A model generated the notes under the pieces. It made no database searches, was not told the DNA's origin, and saw nothing but the letters and a program-made list of their open reading frames with translations. Source: Halothiobacillus sp. (lineage in GTDB: Bacteria > Pseudomonadota > Gammaproteobacteria > JAAZVP01). From it: a stretch of 64,000 nucleotides of DNA. Where the stretch lies: assembly GCA_018623495.1 (NCBI GenBank), contig JAAZVP010000006.1, positions 5,353 through 69,352 on the forward strand, read 5' to 3'. Positions within the stretch are counted from its first letter, which is position 1, and each line of letters begins with the position of its first letter. Below, in pieces: positions 28,638 to 37,182 of the stretch. The translations under genes and the position numbers were made by a program.

Positions 28638-30156
28638 CGCTCAAGCCTCCCCGCTTGTGGATCGAACGCGAGCCGTAGAGCTCGTCGAGCGACACCGAGC
28701 GGCCCGGCGCCACCACGATCCGGCAGTGCTGGCGGCGCAGCTGGCGCGGCTCGGGCACGCCGCAGGCATGCGCCAGCAGGCCCACCTCGCGGACCATGTT
28801 GTCGACGAAGTGGCAGACCCGCTCGGCCTTGTCCTCGGGCACCAGGCCCCGCTGCAGCCGCGGGTTGTGGGTGGTGATCCCGGTGGGACAGGTGTCGCGG
28901 TTGCACTGCATGGCCTGGATGCAGCCGAGGGCGAACATGAACCCGCGCGCGGAGGTGACGAAGTCCGCCCCCACGCACAGCGCCCAGGCCACGTCGCCCG
29001 GGTTGATCAGCCGGCCCGAGGCGATCACCCGCACCCGGTCGCGCAGCTCGTACTCGATCAGCTTGTCCACCAGCGCCGGCAGGGCCTCGCCGATGGGCAG
29101 GCCCATGTAGTCGGCGAGGCTCATGGGCGCGGCCCCGGTGCCGCCCTCGGCGCCGTCCACGGTGATGAAGTCCGGCGCACTCTCCGGGCCGCGGGCGTGG
29201 ATCTCGGCGAACAGGGCGTCCAGCCAGTCGGGCGAGCCGATGACGGTCTTGATGCCCACCGGCTTGCCGGTCACCTCGCGGATGTGGCCCACCATGTCCA
29301 GCAGGTCGGCCTCGCTGCCGATCTCGGGGTGGCGGTTGGGGCTGACCGAGTCCTCGAAGACGGGAATACCGCGGATGCGGGCCACTTCGCCGTTCACCTT
29401 GCAGCCGGGCAGCAGCCCGCCCTTGCCCGGCTTGGCGCCCTGGCTGAGCTTGAGCTCGAACATGCGCACCTGCTCGTGGCCGGCCACCTCGCGCAGCTTG
29501 TCGTCGGCGAGCCGGCCCTGGCTGTCGCGCACGCCGTACTTGGCGGTGCCGACCTGGAACACCAGGTCGGCACCGCCCTCCAGGTGGTGGGCCGAGAGCC
29601 CGCCCTCGCCGGTGTTCATCCAGCAGCCGGCCATGCAGGCCCCCTTCGACAACGCACGCACCGCCGGACGCGAGATGGCGCCGTAGCTCATGCCGGAGAC
29701 GTTGATCAGCGAACGGGTGACGTAGGGCCGCTCGCAACCCTCGCCGATGACCACCTCGCGGGGCGAGGCGGCGTCCACGCTCAGGGTGGGATGCGGGCAG
29801 TTGACGAACTGGAAGCTGCCCGGGCGCTGCATGTCGCGGGTGGAGCCGAAGGCCTGCGTGCTGTCGAGATCCTTGGCGGCGCGATAGACCCAGGAGCGCT
29901 GGGCCCGGTTGAAGGGCAGTTCCTCGCGGTCCATGGCGAAGAAGTACTGGCGGAAGAACTCGCCCAGGCGCTCGAAGGCGTAGCGGAAGTGACCGATGAC
30001 CGGGTAGTTGCGTCGCAGGGCCTGGTGGGTCTGGGTGCGATCGAGGATGTAGACCACCACCAGCGCCAGTGTCCCCAGCCCGATGAGCACCACGAACAGC
30101 GCCGCCATGATCTCCAGGCTGATGAACAGGAAACTCTCGAACGCGCTCATGGGCAT
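28621..30156 (-). CDS. FMN-binding glutamate synthase family protein (GltB domain-2-like) with an N-terminal TM anchor
   Basis: NYPVIGHFRYAFE...INVSGMSYGAIS...LSQGAKPGKGGLLPG...DFITVDGAEGGTGAAP...IASGRLINPGDVAWALCVGADF. Confidence 0.88.
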   Translation of the reverse strand: MPMSAFESFLFISLEIMAALFVVLIGLGTLALVVVYILDRTQTHQALRRNYPVIGHFRYAFERLGEFFRQYFFAMDREELPFNRAQRSWVYRAAKDLDSTQAFGSTRDMQRPGSFQFVNCPHPTLSVDAASPREVVIGEGCERPYVTRSLINVSGMSYGAISRPAVRALSKGACMAGCWMNTGEGGLSAHHLEGGADLVFQVGTAKYGVRDSQGRLADDKLREVAGHEQVRMFELKLSQGAKPGKGGLLPGCKVNGEVARIRGIPVFEDSVSPNRHPEIGSEADLLDMVGHIREVTGKPVGIKTVIGSPDWLDALFAEIHARGPESAPDFITVDGAEGGTGAAPMSLADYMGLPIGEALPALVDKLIEYELRDRVRVIASGRLINPGDVAWALCVGADFVTSARGFMFALGCIQAMQCNRDTCPTGITTHNPRLQRGLVPEDKAERVCHFVDNMVREVGLLAHACGVPEPRQLRRQHCRIVVAPGRSVSLDELYGSRSIHKRGGLSDAGIN

Positions 30157-30369
30157 CGATCCACCTCCTCGCGGCCGCCCGCGGCGGCCCCATTACTCAA
30201 GCTAGACCACGCACCCCGCCCCCGCCATGCGCCCTTGCAGGGGCGGCGGCCTCTCCCGCACGGGCTCCCGGGAATCTTGCCGGTCCGGCGTGGGCATCGG
30301 GTAGAATGAGGGCATCGTCACCCGGGCGCGCCGCAGCCGCCGCGCGCCGACCCGAATCCATGGTGGACC

Positions 30370-31089
30370 ATGAGCGAATCCCGGCCCAATGTCGATCCCG
30401 CCGAGCTGGACAAATTCAACCGGATCGCCGAGCACTGGTGGGACCCGCACGGCGATTCGCGCCCCCTGCACGAGATCAACCCCCTGCGGCTCTCCTTCAT
30501 CCGCTCCCATGCCCGCATCGAGGGCGTGGACTGCGTCGACGTGGGCTGCGGCGGCGGCATCCTGGCCGAGGGACTGGCCCGGGCCGGGGCACGCGTCACC
30601 GGCATCGACATGGCCGCCGACGCCCTCGCCGTGGCCCGCGACCATGCCCGGCAGGAGGGGCTCGAGATCGACTACCACCAGCAGACCGCCGAGGCCTTCG
30701 CCGACCGGCACCCGGGCGAGTACCCGGTGGTCACCTGCATGGAGCTCCTCGAGCACGTCCCCGACCCGCAGGCGGTGGTTTCGGCCTGCGCGCGGCTGGC
30801 CGCGCCCGGCGGCCGGGTGTTCTTCTCCACGCTCAACCGCAACCCCAAGTCGTTCCTGTTCGCCATCGTTGGCGCCGAGCACGTCCTGCGCCTGCTGCCA
30901 CGCGGGACCCACAGCTACGCACGCTTCATTCGCCCGCACGAGCTGGCCGGCTGGATGCGCGGCGCCGGGCTGGAGCTGGAGGCCATCACCGGGCTGACCT
31001 ACAGCCCGGTCACCCGCCGCTACCGCCTGACCCGCAACACCGACGTCAACTACCTGGTGGCCGCCCGCCGCCCGGCCGGGGAAGGGTGA
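30370..31089 (+). CDS. ubiG: Bifunctional 2-polyprenyl-6-hydroxyphenol/3-demethylubiquinol O-methyltransferase
   Basis: ELDKFNRIAEHWWDPHGDSRPLHEINPLRLSFI...VDVGCGGGILAEGLAR...VTCMELLEHVPDP...GTHSYARFIRPHEL. Confidence 0.92.
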   Translation: MSESRPNVDPAELDKFNRIAEHWWDPHGDSRPLHEINPLRLSFIRSHARIEGVDCVDVGCGGGILAEGLARAGARVTGIDMAADALAVARDHARQEGLEIDYHQQTAEAFADRHPGEYPVVTCMELLEHVPDPQAVVSACARLAAPGGRVFFSTLNRNPKSFLFAIVGAEHVLRLLPRGTHSYARFIRPHELAGWMRGAGLELEAITGLTYSPVTRRYRLTRNTDVNYLVAARRPAGEG

Positions 31090-31094
31090 GCGGG

Positions 31095-31772
31095 ATGTTC
31101 CGAACCATCCTCTTCGACCTCGACGGCACCCTGGTGGACACCGCCCCGGACATGGCCGCCGCCCTCAACCGCCTGCGGGTCGAACGGGGCCGGCCGGAAC
31201 TGGACTACGCCGCCATCCGCGGCCAGGTCTCCAACGGTGCCGCCGGCCTGCTGCGCGTGGGCTTCGCCGACGTCACCGATGCCGAGGCGCTCGCCGACCT
31301 GCGCGGGCGCTTCCTCGAACTCTACCGCGCCGACCTGCACCGCCACTCACTGCTCTTCCCGGGCATGGAGGCCATCCTCGGCGCCATCGAGGCCTCCGGC
31401 CGCCACTGGGGGGTGGTCACCAACAAGCCCGGCTGGCTCACCGACCCGCTGCTGGCCGGGCTGGGCCTCGACCACCGGGCCGCCTGCGTGGTCTCCGGCG
31501 ACACCCTCGCCGAGCGCAAGCCCCATCCCCTGCCGCTGCAGCACGCCTGCCGGCTCACCGGCGCCGAGCCCGGCGCCTGCCTGTACGTGGGCGACGCCGC
31601 CCGCGACGTGGAGGCCGGCCGCGCCGCCGGCATGACCACCGTGGTGGCCCGCTTCGGCTACATCCCGGCCGGGGAGCGCCCCGACACCTGGGGCGCCGAT
31701 GCCCTGATCGACGACCCCGCCGAGCTGCGGGCCTGGCTGGAGCCGCTGGAACCGGGGGGCCTGGCCTCGTGA
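31095..31772 (+). CDS. HAD-family phosphatase (phosphoglycolate phosphatase/MupP-like)
   Basis: ILFDLDGTLVDT...VVTNKP...YVGDAARDVEAGRAAGM. Position directly after ubiG, as in Pseudomonas ubiG-mupP. Confidence 0.85.
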   Translation: MFRTILFDLDGTLVDTAPDMAAALNRLRVERGRPELDYAAIRGQVSNGAAGLLRVGFADVTDAEALADLRGRFLELYRADLHRHSLLFPGMEAILGAIEASGRHWGVVTNKPGWLTDPLLAGLGLDHRAACVVSGDTLAERKPHPLPLQHACRLTGAEPGACLYVGDAARDVEAGRAAGMTTVVARFGYIPAGERPDTWGADALIDDPAELRAWLEPLEPGGLAS

Positions 31773-33043
31773 ATCCCGCCCTCGCCTGGCTGCCCGAGCC
31801 GGTGATCGCCCTGCCCCTGGGGCTGGCCGTCGGCTTCCTGCTGGCCTGGCTGGTCCAGGCCCGGCGACTGCAGGCCGAACGGGAGCGGCGCCTGCGCCTG
31901 GAGGTCGAGATCGACAGCCGCAACGCCGCCGTGGAACGCGAGCGCGACCACCTCGATGCCCTCCAGGAACAGCTCCGCGACCGCTTCGCCGCGCTTTCCT
32001 CCGAGGCCCTGGAGCGCAACAGCCAGGCCTTCCTGCAGCTCGCCGAGCAGAACCTCGCGCAGTTCCAGGGCCGCGCCGAGCACCGGCTGCGCGAACGCGA
32101 ACAGGCCGTGGAGGGCCTGGTCAAGCCCATCCGCGAGACCCTCGAGCGCACCCGCTCGCAGATCGAGACCCTGGAGGCCCACCGACGCGAGTCCCAGGGC
32201 GCGCTCGACGAGCACCTCCGGCGCATCGCCCGCGACAGCGAGAACCTCCAGCGCGAGACGCGCCAGCTGGTCCAGGCCCTGCGCCGCCCGGAGGTGCGCG
32301 GCCAGTGGGGCGAGATGACCCTCAAGCGCCTCGCCGAGCTCGCCGGCATGGTGGAACACTGCGACTTCCAGGAGCAGCCCACCGCCGACGGCGGCCGGCT
32401 GCGGCCGGACATGATCGTCCGCCTGCCCGGCGCGCGCAGCATCGTGGTGGACGCCAAGACCCCGCTGGACGCCTACCTGAGCGCCGTCGAGGCCCGCGAC
32501 GACGCCGAGCGCGACCGCCACCTCGGCCGCCACCTGCAGAACCTGCGCGGGCGGGTGCGCGAGCTGGCCGCCAAGGCCTACTGGGAACAGTTCAGCGAGT
32601 CGCCGGACTTCGTGGTGCTGTTCATCCCCGGCGACCAGTTCCTGAGCGCCGCGCTGGAGCAGGACCCGAACCTGATCGAGTCCGCCCTGGGCCAGCGGGT
32701 GATCCTGGCCACGCCCACCAGCCTGGTGGCCCTGCTGCGGGCCGTGGGCTACGGCTGGCGCCAGCAGGCGGTGGCCGAGAACGCCGAGCGCATCCGCGAG
32801 CTGGGCGAGGAACTCTACCGCCGGCTGGGCCGCTTCACCGACCACCTGGGCAAGCTGGGGCGCAGCCTGGGCACCAGCGTGGACCACTACAACAAGGCGG
32901 TGGGTTCGCTCGAGCGCCAGGTCACCCCGGCCGCCCGCCGCTTCACCGAGCTCGGCATCCAGCCGCGCCGGCCGATGGCCGAGCCCGAACCCGTGGACAA
33001 GGCGGTCCGCGAGCCGCAAACCGACTCGGAGACGCCTTCATGA
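31769..33043 (+). CDS. rmuC: DNA recombination protein RmuC
   Basis: N-terminal TM and coiled coil. RGQWGEMTLKRLAELAGM...PDMIVRLPGARSIVVDAKTPL...DFVVLFIPGDQFLSAALEQDPNLIE. Confidence 0.9.
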   Translation: MNPALAWLPEPVIALPLGLAVGFLLAWLVQARRLQAERERRLRLEVEIDSRNAAVERERDHLDALQEQLRDRFAALSSEALERNSQAFLQLAEQNLAQFQGRAEHRLREREQAVEGLVKPIRETLERTRSQIETLEAHRRESQGALDEHLRRIARDSENLQRETRQLVQALRRPEVRGQWGEMTLKRLAELAGMVEHCDFQEQPTADGGRLRPDMIVRLPGARSIVVDAKTPLDAYLSAVEARDDAERDRHLGRHLQNLRGRVRELAAKAYWEQFSESPDFVVLFIPGDQFLSAALEQDPNLIESALGQRVILATPTSLVALLRAVGYGWRQQAVAENAERIRELGEELYRRLGRFTDHLGKLGRSLGTSVDHYNKAVGSLERQVTPAARRFTELGIQPRRPMAEPEPVDKAVREPQTDSETPS

Positions 33044-33873
33044 GCCGCAACACGCCACCGCCCATCACCCGTGACGGCGGCCGCCACTTCGCCGGCCGAC
33101 CGCTGGCCCTCTACCTGGCCCGCCCGCCGGGAGCCACGCTGGGTGCCGTCTACGACCTGGGTGCGGCCATCGAGCGGCGGGTGGACGAGATGGCCGTGGA
33201 CGTCGGCGAACGCCGCGCCTGGCTCGACGCCTGGGCCGCCGACCTGGAGGGCGCCAGCCGCCCGGCCGACCCGGTGCTCGCCCGGCTGTGGGACGCGGTC
33301 CGCCGCGACCGGCTGCAACTCCAGCCGCTGCTGGACCTGATCGAGGGCGGCCGCCGGCGCCTCGACCACCGCCAGCCCGCCAACTTCGGCGAGCTGATGG
33401 CGGTGGCGCGGCTCTCGGGCATCCCCTACGCCCGCCAGTACCTGCACCTCAAGGGCATCCACGACCCGCAGGCCCTGGCCCGCGGCGATGCCCTGGGCAG
33501 CGCCCTGTGGCTGCTCGATCGCCTGCTGGCGACCGCGCCCGAGGCCACCGGCCAGGGCCGGGTGACGCTCCCGGCCGACGAGATGGAGCGCTTCGGCGTG
33601 GCCCACGACGAGCTCTGCCGCGGCCACCAGTCGCCGGCGCTGCGCCGGCTGCTGCGCCACCAGTTCCAGCGCGCGCTGGGGCCGCTCAACGCCGGCGCCG
33701 TGCTGGGCCGGGAGCTCGGTCCCCTGCGGGGCCTGGTCCTGCGGATGGTGGTCCTGCGCGCCTGGCAACGCAGCCAGCGCTTCCAGCAGCAGGGCGATCT
33801 CGCCGAGTCGCCCCGCCTCCAGCCCAACGACTGGATCAAGGTCGTCTCCCACGCACTGCGCAACGCCTGGTAA
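33040..33873 (+). CDS. Squalene/phytoene synthase-fold protein, Asp-rich motifs degenerate (paralogue 1)
   Basis: Overall SQS_PSY-like pattern (...LIEGGRRRLD..., ...GRVTLPADEMERFGV...). The positions of the two DxxxD motifs read ERRVDEMAVD and LLDRLLATAPE. ATG 33040 overlaps the rmuC stop. Confidence 0.65.
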   Translation: MSRNTPPPITRDGGRHFAGRPLALYLARPPGATLGAVYDLGAAIERRVDEMAVDVGERRAWLDAWAADLEGASRPADPVLARLWDAVRRDRLQLQPLLDLIEGGRRRLDHRQPANFGELMAVARLSGIPYARQYLHLKGIHDPQALARGDALGSALWLLDRLLATAPEATGQGRVTLPADEMERFGVAHDELCRGHQSPALRRLLRHQFQRALGPLNAGAVLGRELGPLRGLVLRMVVLRAWQRSQRFQQQGDLAESPRLQPNDWIKVVSHALRNAW

Positions 33874-33876
33874 GCC

Positions 33877-34746
33877 ATGGAGCCCGAGCACGTCTGCAGC
33901 GCCAAGGCCGCCCCCCGCGGCAGCGACTTCTTCTACGCCACGCTCTACGCGGACGCCGAGCGGCGCCGCGCCCTGCACGCCGTTGAGGCGCTCTGGCGCG
34001 AGCTCGAGCAGAGCATCACCGGGGCCAGCGACGAGCGCGTCAGCCGCGCGCGGCTGGAGTGGTGGCGCGGCGAGCTCGACGCCACCTTCGCCGGCCGCCC
34101 CAACCATCCCGTGGGCCGCGCCCTGCTGCGCGCCGCCGAGCACTTCAACCTGGCACGGGAATACCTCGACGAGATGGTCGAGGGCGTGGAGCTGGACCTG
34201 CGCTACACCGGCTACCAGGCCTTCGAGGACCTGGGGCTGTACTGCTACCGCACCGGCGCGGTGCGCTGGATGCTCTTCGCCGAGATCCAGGGCATCGGCC
34301 ACCCGCGGGTGAACAAGTTCGCCCACGACCTGGGCACCGGCCTGCGGCTGCTGGAACTGCTCCAGGATGCCGGGCGCAACTGCGGCCGCGGCATCATCCA
34401 CTTCCCGGCCAGCGACATGGAGCGCGCCGGCATCAAGCCGGCGGACCTGATGGCCCCGCAGACCACCGAGGCCGTGCGCGGCTTCTTCGCCCTCCAGGGC
34501 GACCGGGTGACCGAGCAGCTCGACCATGCGCTGGCCCACCTGCCCGAACCGGCCCGCCACGACCAGCTGGTGGGCCTGATCGCCGAGCGCCTGGGCCGCG
34601 CCCTGCTCGCCGAGATCGCCGACGACGGCTACGCCGTCCTCGACCGCCGCATCGAGCTCAACCCCCTGCGCAAGCTCTGGCTCGCCTGGCGGACCATGCG
34701 CCGGGAGAAGCGCCGCGCCCGCAAGACCAGGACCCCGAGGCCATGA
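33877..34746 (+). CDS. Squalene/phytoene synthase-fold protein, Asp-rich motifs degenerate (paralogue 2)
   Basis: SDFFYATLYAD..RRRALHAVEALWRELEQSI (canonical proteins have ...YAFCRxxDDxxD), MVEGVELDL, YCYRTGAVRWMLF, LQDAGRNCGRGIIHFP (canonical RDVGEDxxxGRxYLP). Confidence 0.72.
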   Translation: MEPEHVCSAKAAPRGSDFFYATLYADAERRRALHAVEALWRELEQSITGASDERVSRARLEWWRGELDATFAGRPNHPVGRALLRAAEHFNLAREYLDEMVEGVELDLRYTGYQAFEDLGLYCYRTGAVRWMLFAEIQGIGHPRVNKFAHDLGTGLRLLELLQDAGRNCGRGIIHFPASDMERAGIKPADLMAPQTTEAVRGFFALQGDRVTEQLDHALAHLPEPARHDQLVGLIAERLGRALLAEIADDGYAVLDRRIELNPLRKLWLAWRTMRREKRRARKTRTPRP

Positions 34747-35507
34747 CCGACATCCGCACCCTGCTCGACTTCGACGCCCCCCGCGACCTGCTGGCCGACC
34801 GCGTGATCCTGCTCACCGGGGCTTCCGGCGGGCTGGGCAAGGCCCTGGCGACGCGCCTGGCCCGCTGCGGGGCCACGACGATCCTTTTGGGCAAGCGCGT
34901 GGAGGCGCTGGAGGCCCTCTACGACCGCATCCAGGATGCCGGCGGCCCGGAACCGGCCCTCTACCCCATGGACCTGGAGGGCGCCGGGCCGGACGACTAC
35001 GCCGATCTCGCCGCCAACATCAACGCCCACTTCGGCCGCCTGGACGGGCTGATCCACAACGCCGCCTGGCTGGGCGCCCCGGCGCCGGTGCGCCACTACG
35101 ACCCCTTCACCTGGATGCGCGCCATCCAGGTGAACCTCAACGCGCCGTTCTTGCTCACCCGCGCCTGCCTCGACCTGCTCGAACGCGGCAGCGAGCCGCG
35201 GGTGCTGTTCACCAGCGATGCCAGGCAGGGGGCCTACTGGGGGGCCTACGGGGTGTCCAAGGCGGGCCTGGAGGGCTTCATCCACATCCTGGCCGAGGAA
35301 CTGGAGGATGCCGGCACCATCCGCGTGAACGGCATCGACCCCGGCCCACTGCGCACGCCCCTGCGCACCCGGGCCTTCCCCGGCGAGGACCCGACCGGCC
35401 TGCGGGACCCGGCCTGGGCCGTTCCCGCCTTCCTCTACCTGCTCGGCCCGGCCGGCGCGGGGCGCAACGGCGAGATCCTGCGTCTCCAGCCGGACCGGTC
35501 CGGCTGA
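34743..35507 (+). CDS. yciK: YciK-like short-chain dehydrogenase/reductase
   Basis: ILLTGASGGLGKA...NAAWLG...YGVSKAGLEGF (YxxxK). ATG 34743 overlaps the upstream stop. Confidence 0.85.
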   Translation: MTDIRTLLDFDAPRDLLADRVILLTGASGGLGKALATRLARCGATTILLGKRVEALEALYDRIQDAGGPEPALYPMDLEGAGPDDYADLAANINAHFGRLDGLIHNAAWLGAPAPVRHYDPFTWMRAIQVNLNAPFLLTRACLDLLERGSEPRVLFTSDARQGAYWGAYGVSKAGLEGFIHILAEELEDAGTIRVNGIDPGPLRTPLRTRAFPGEDPTGLRDPAWAVPAFLYLLGPAGAGRNGEILRLQPDRSG

Positions 35508-35543
35508 AAACGCCGGGAAACCGCGGCGGGGGCAGCGGTCGGC

Positions 35544-36746
35544 CTACTCCAGCTCGCCCTGGACCTCGCCGGCCCACTCGATGGCGTCGATGTAGCTGCC
35601 CGCCGCGTCGGTGACGCAATCGCCGGTCCGCTCCACCGCCTCCCAGTCGCCCTCCTCGTAGCGGGTCACGCAGTCGAGCAGCTCGCCCATGGGGCCCTTG
35701 CGCTCGAGCAGGGCGTCGCAGAGGTCGGCCTCCAGCGGCAGGCGCTCGACCACCTCCGCCAGGGGCAGATCCATCATCGCGTCCAGCAGCGAGAACAGGC
35801 CCACGGTGAAGCAACGCTCCGGGGAGAGTCCCGCCCGGTGCTCGGCCATGCGCTCGCAGAACCGGGCGCGCACCAGGCAGCGGGTGATCAGCGCCTCGGG
35901 CTTGTCGTCCAGGTGGGCGAGCAGAAGCAGCCGCACCCAGCGGCGGATATTGGTCATCCCCAGCAGGGTCAGCGCGTGGCGGATGGAGTCCACGGGGGTG
36001 TTCAGGCCGTAGAAGGCCGAGTTGACCACCCGCAGCAGGCGGTAGGAGAGCGTCACGTCGGTGGAGACCAGTTCCTCGATGTCCCCGGCGGCGACCTCGG
36101 GCTTCTCGAGCGCGGCCAGCAGGCGCATGATGGTGGCGCGGTTGCTGCTCAGCCGCGTGCCCGGCAGTACCCGCGGGCGGCTGAAGAAGAAGCCCTGGAA
36201 GAGCTCGAAGCCCATGCCCTTGAGCCGCTCGAACTGCTCGGCGGTCTCCACCCGCTCGGCCAGCAGGCGGACCCCGCGCTCGGCGAGCATCGCCACCACG
36301 CCGGGCAACTCGCCCGCCGGGACCTGCTCGATGTCCACCTTGACGATGTCGGCGTAGGGCAGGAGGGCCTGGCTGTCGGGACCGATCACGAAGTCGTCCA
36401 GGGCCAGGGTGTAGCCGCCCTCGCGCAACCCGGCCAACCGGGAAAGGACCGTATCCGTGGCCGGCACGTCCTCGAGGACCTCGAGGACCACCGGCCCGGC
36501 GAACTCGGGCAGCAGCGCCTCGTCGCCGAGGAACTCCGCGGGGATGTTGATGAAGGCCGGCACGTCGCCCACCAGGCTGTCGAGACCGATCTCGACGATG
36601 CCGTTGAGCAGCACCTCGCTGGTGGCCTTGCCGGGGTCGTCCACCCGTGCGCGGTTCTCCGGGCCGGCCCGGTAGAGCAGCTCATAGCCCCGCAGGCGAC
36701 GCTCCGCATCCAGGATCGGCTGGCGGGCGATGAAGATGTCGGGCAT
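35544..36746 (-). CDS. EAL domain plus HDOD domain signalling protein
   Basis: IARQPILDAERRLRGYELLYR...ALDDF...VKVD...LAERVET..QF......G..LFQGFFF (EAL), followed by IMRLLAAL...LVSTDVTLSYRLLRVVNSAFYGL...SIRHALTLLGM (HDOD). Confidence 0.85.
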   Translation of the reverse strand: MPDIFIARQPILDAERRLRGYELLYRAGPENRARVDDPGKATSEVLLNGIVEIGLDSLVGDVPAFINIPAEFLGDEALLPEFAGPVVLEVLEDVPATDTVLSRLAGLREGGYTLALDDFVIGPDSQALLPYADIVKVDIEQVPAGELPGVVAMLAERGVRLLAERVETAEQFERLKGMGFELFQGFFFSRPRVLPGTRLSSNRATIMRLLAALEKPEVAAGDIEELVSTDVTLSYRLLRVVNSAFYGLNTPVDSIRHALTLLGMTNIRRWVRLLLLAHLDDKPEALITRCLVRARFCERMAEHRAGLSPERCFTVGLFSLLDAMMDLPLAEVVERLPLEADLCDALLERKGPMGELLDCVTRYEEGDWEAVERTGDCVTDAAGSYIDAIEWAGEVQGELE

Positions 36747-36879
36747 GCACCCTTCGGCGTGTTCGACAAGCCGATTCTAGCCCAGACCGGGGGGCCTTGA
36801 ACCAACCCCGATCATGCGCCTGTCATTCGCACCGCGTAGGCTGCCGGCCTCATCGATCCACGCACAGGACCCGCCGACC

Positions 36880-36963
36880 ATGCGCACCCGACTGCCCCTG
36901 CTCCTCGCCCTTGTCGCCACGCTCACCGCCTGCTGCGGCGTGCCGCTCGTGCCCGGGGTCTGA
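36880..36963 (+). CDS. Candidate 27-aa micro-lipoprotein
   Basis: Not in the ORF track because it is too short. MRTRLPLLLALVATLTACCGVPLVPGV has a lipobox LTAC. AGGA lies 9 nt upstream. Convergent with the ParA-partner ORF. Confidence 0.3.
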   Translation: MRTRLPLLLALVATLTACCGVPLVPGV

Positions 36964-36981
36964 CCCACGGCCGCGCCCACT

Positions 36982-37182
36982 TCAGTCCGGCCAGACGCGG
37001 CGGGCGGGCATGGGCGCGGGGGACGGCGCTTCCCGGGTCGGGGCCTGGCGGGTGACAACGCTGCCGGCGGCATCGGCGGGTTCGCCGGCGGGCGTCGTTG
37101 CCTTCCGCCCGGTCCGCGGGTCGGGTGGGTCGTTCTTCGCCTGGCGCACGCTCTGCGCCAGCCGGGATGCGATCCGGCTCAT
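36982..37182 (-). CDS. 66-aa proline-rich putative ParA partner protein (McdB-like)
   Basis: The ATG at 37182 overlaps the ParA stop (ATGA). MSRIASRLAQSVRQAKNDPPDPRTGRKATTPAGEPADAAGSVVTRQAPTREAPSPAPMPARRVWPD has 11 Pro and 12 Ala, a basic N-terminus, and W as its only aromatic residue, third from the end. Confidence 0.45.
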   Translation of the reverse strand: MSRIASRLAQSVRQAKNDPPDPRTGRKATTPAGEPADAAGSVVTRQAPTREAPSPAPMPARRVWPD

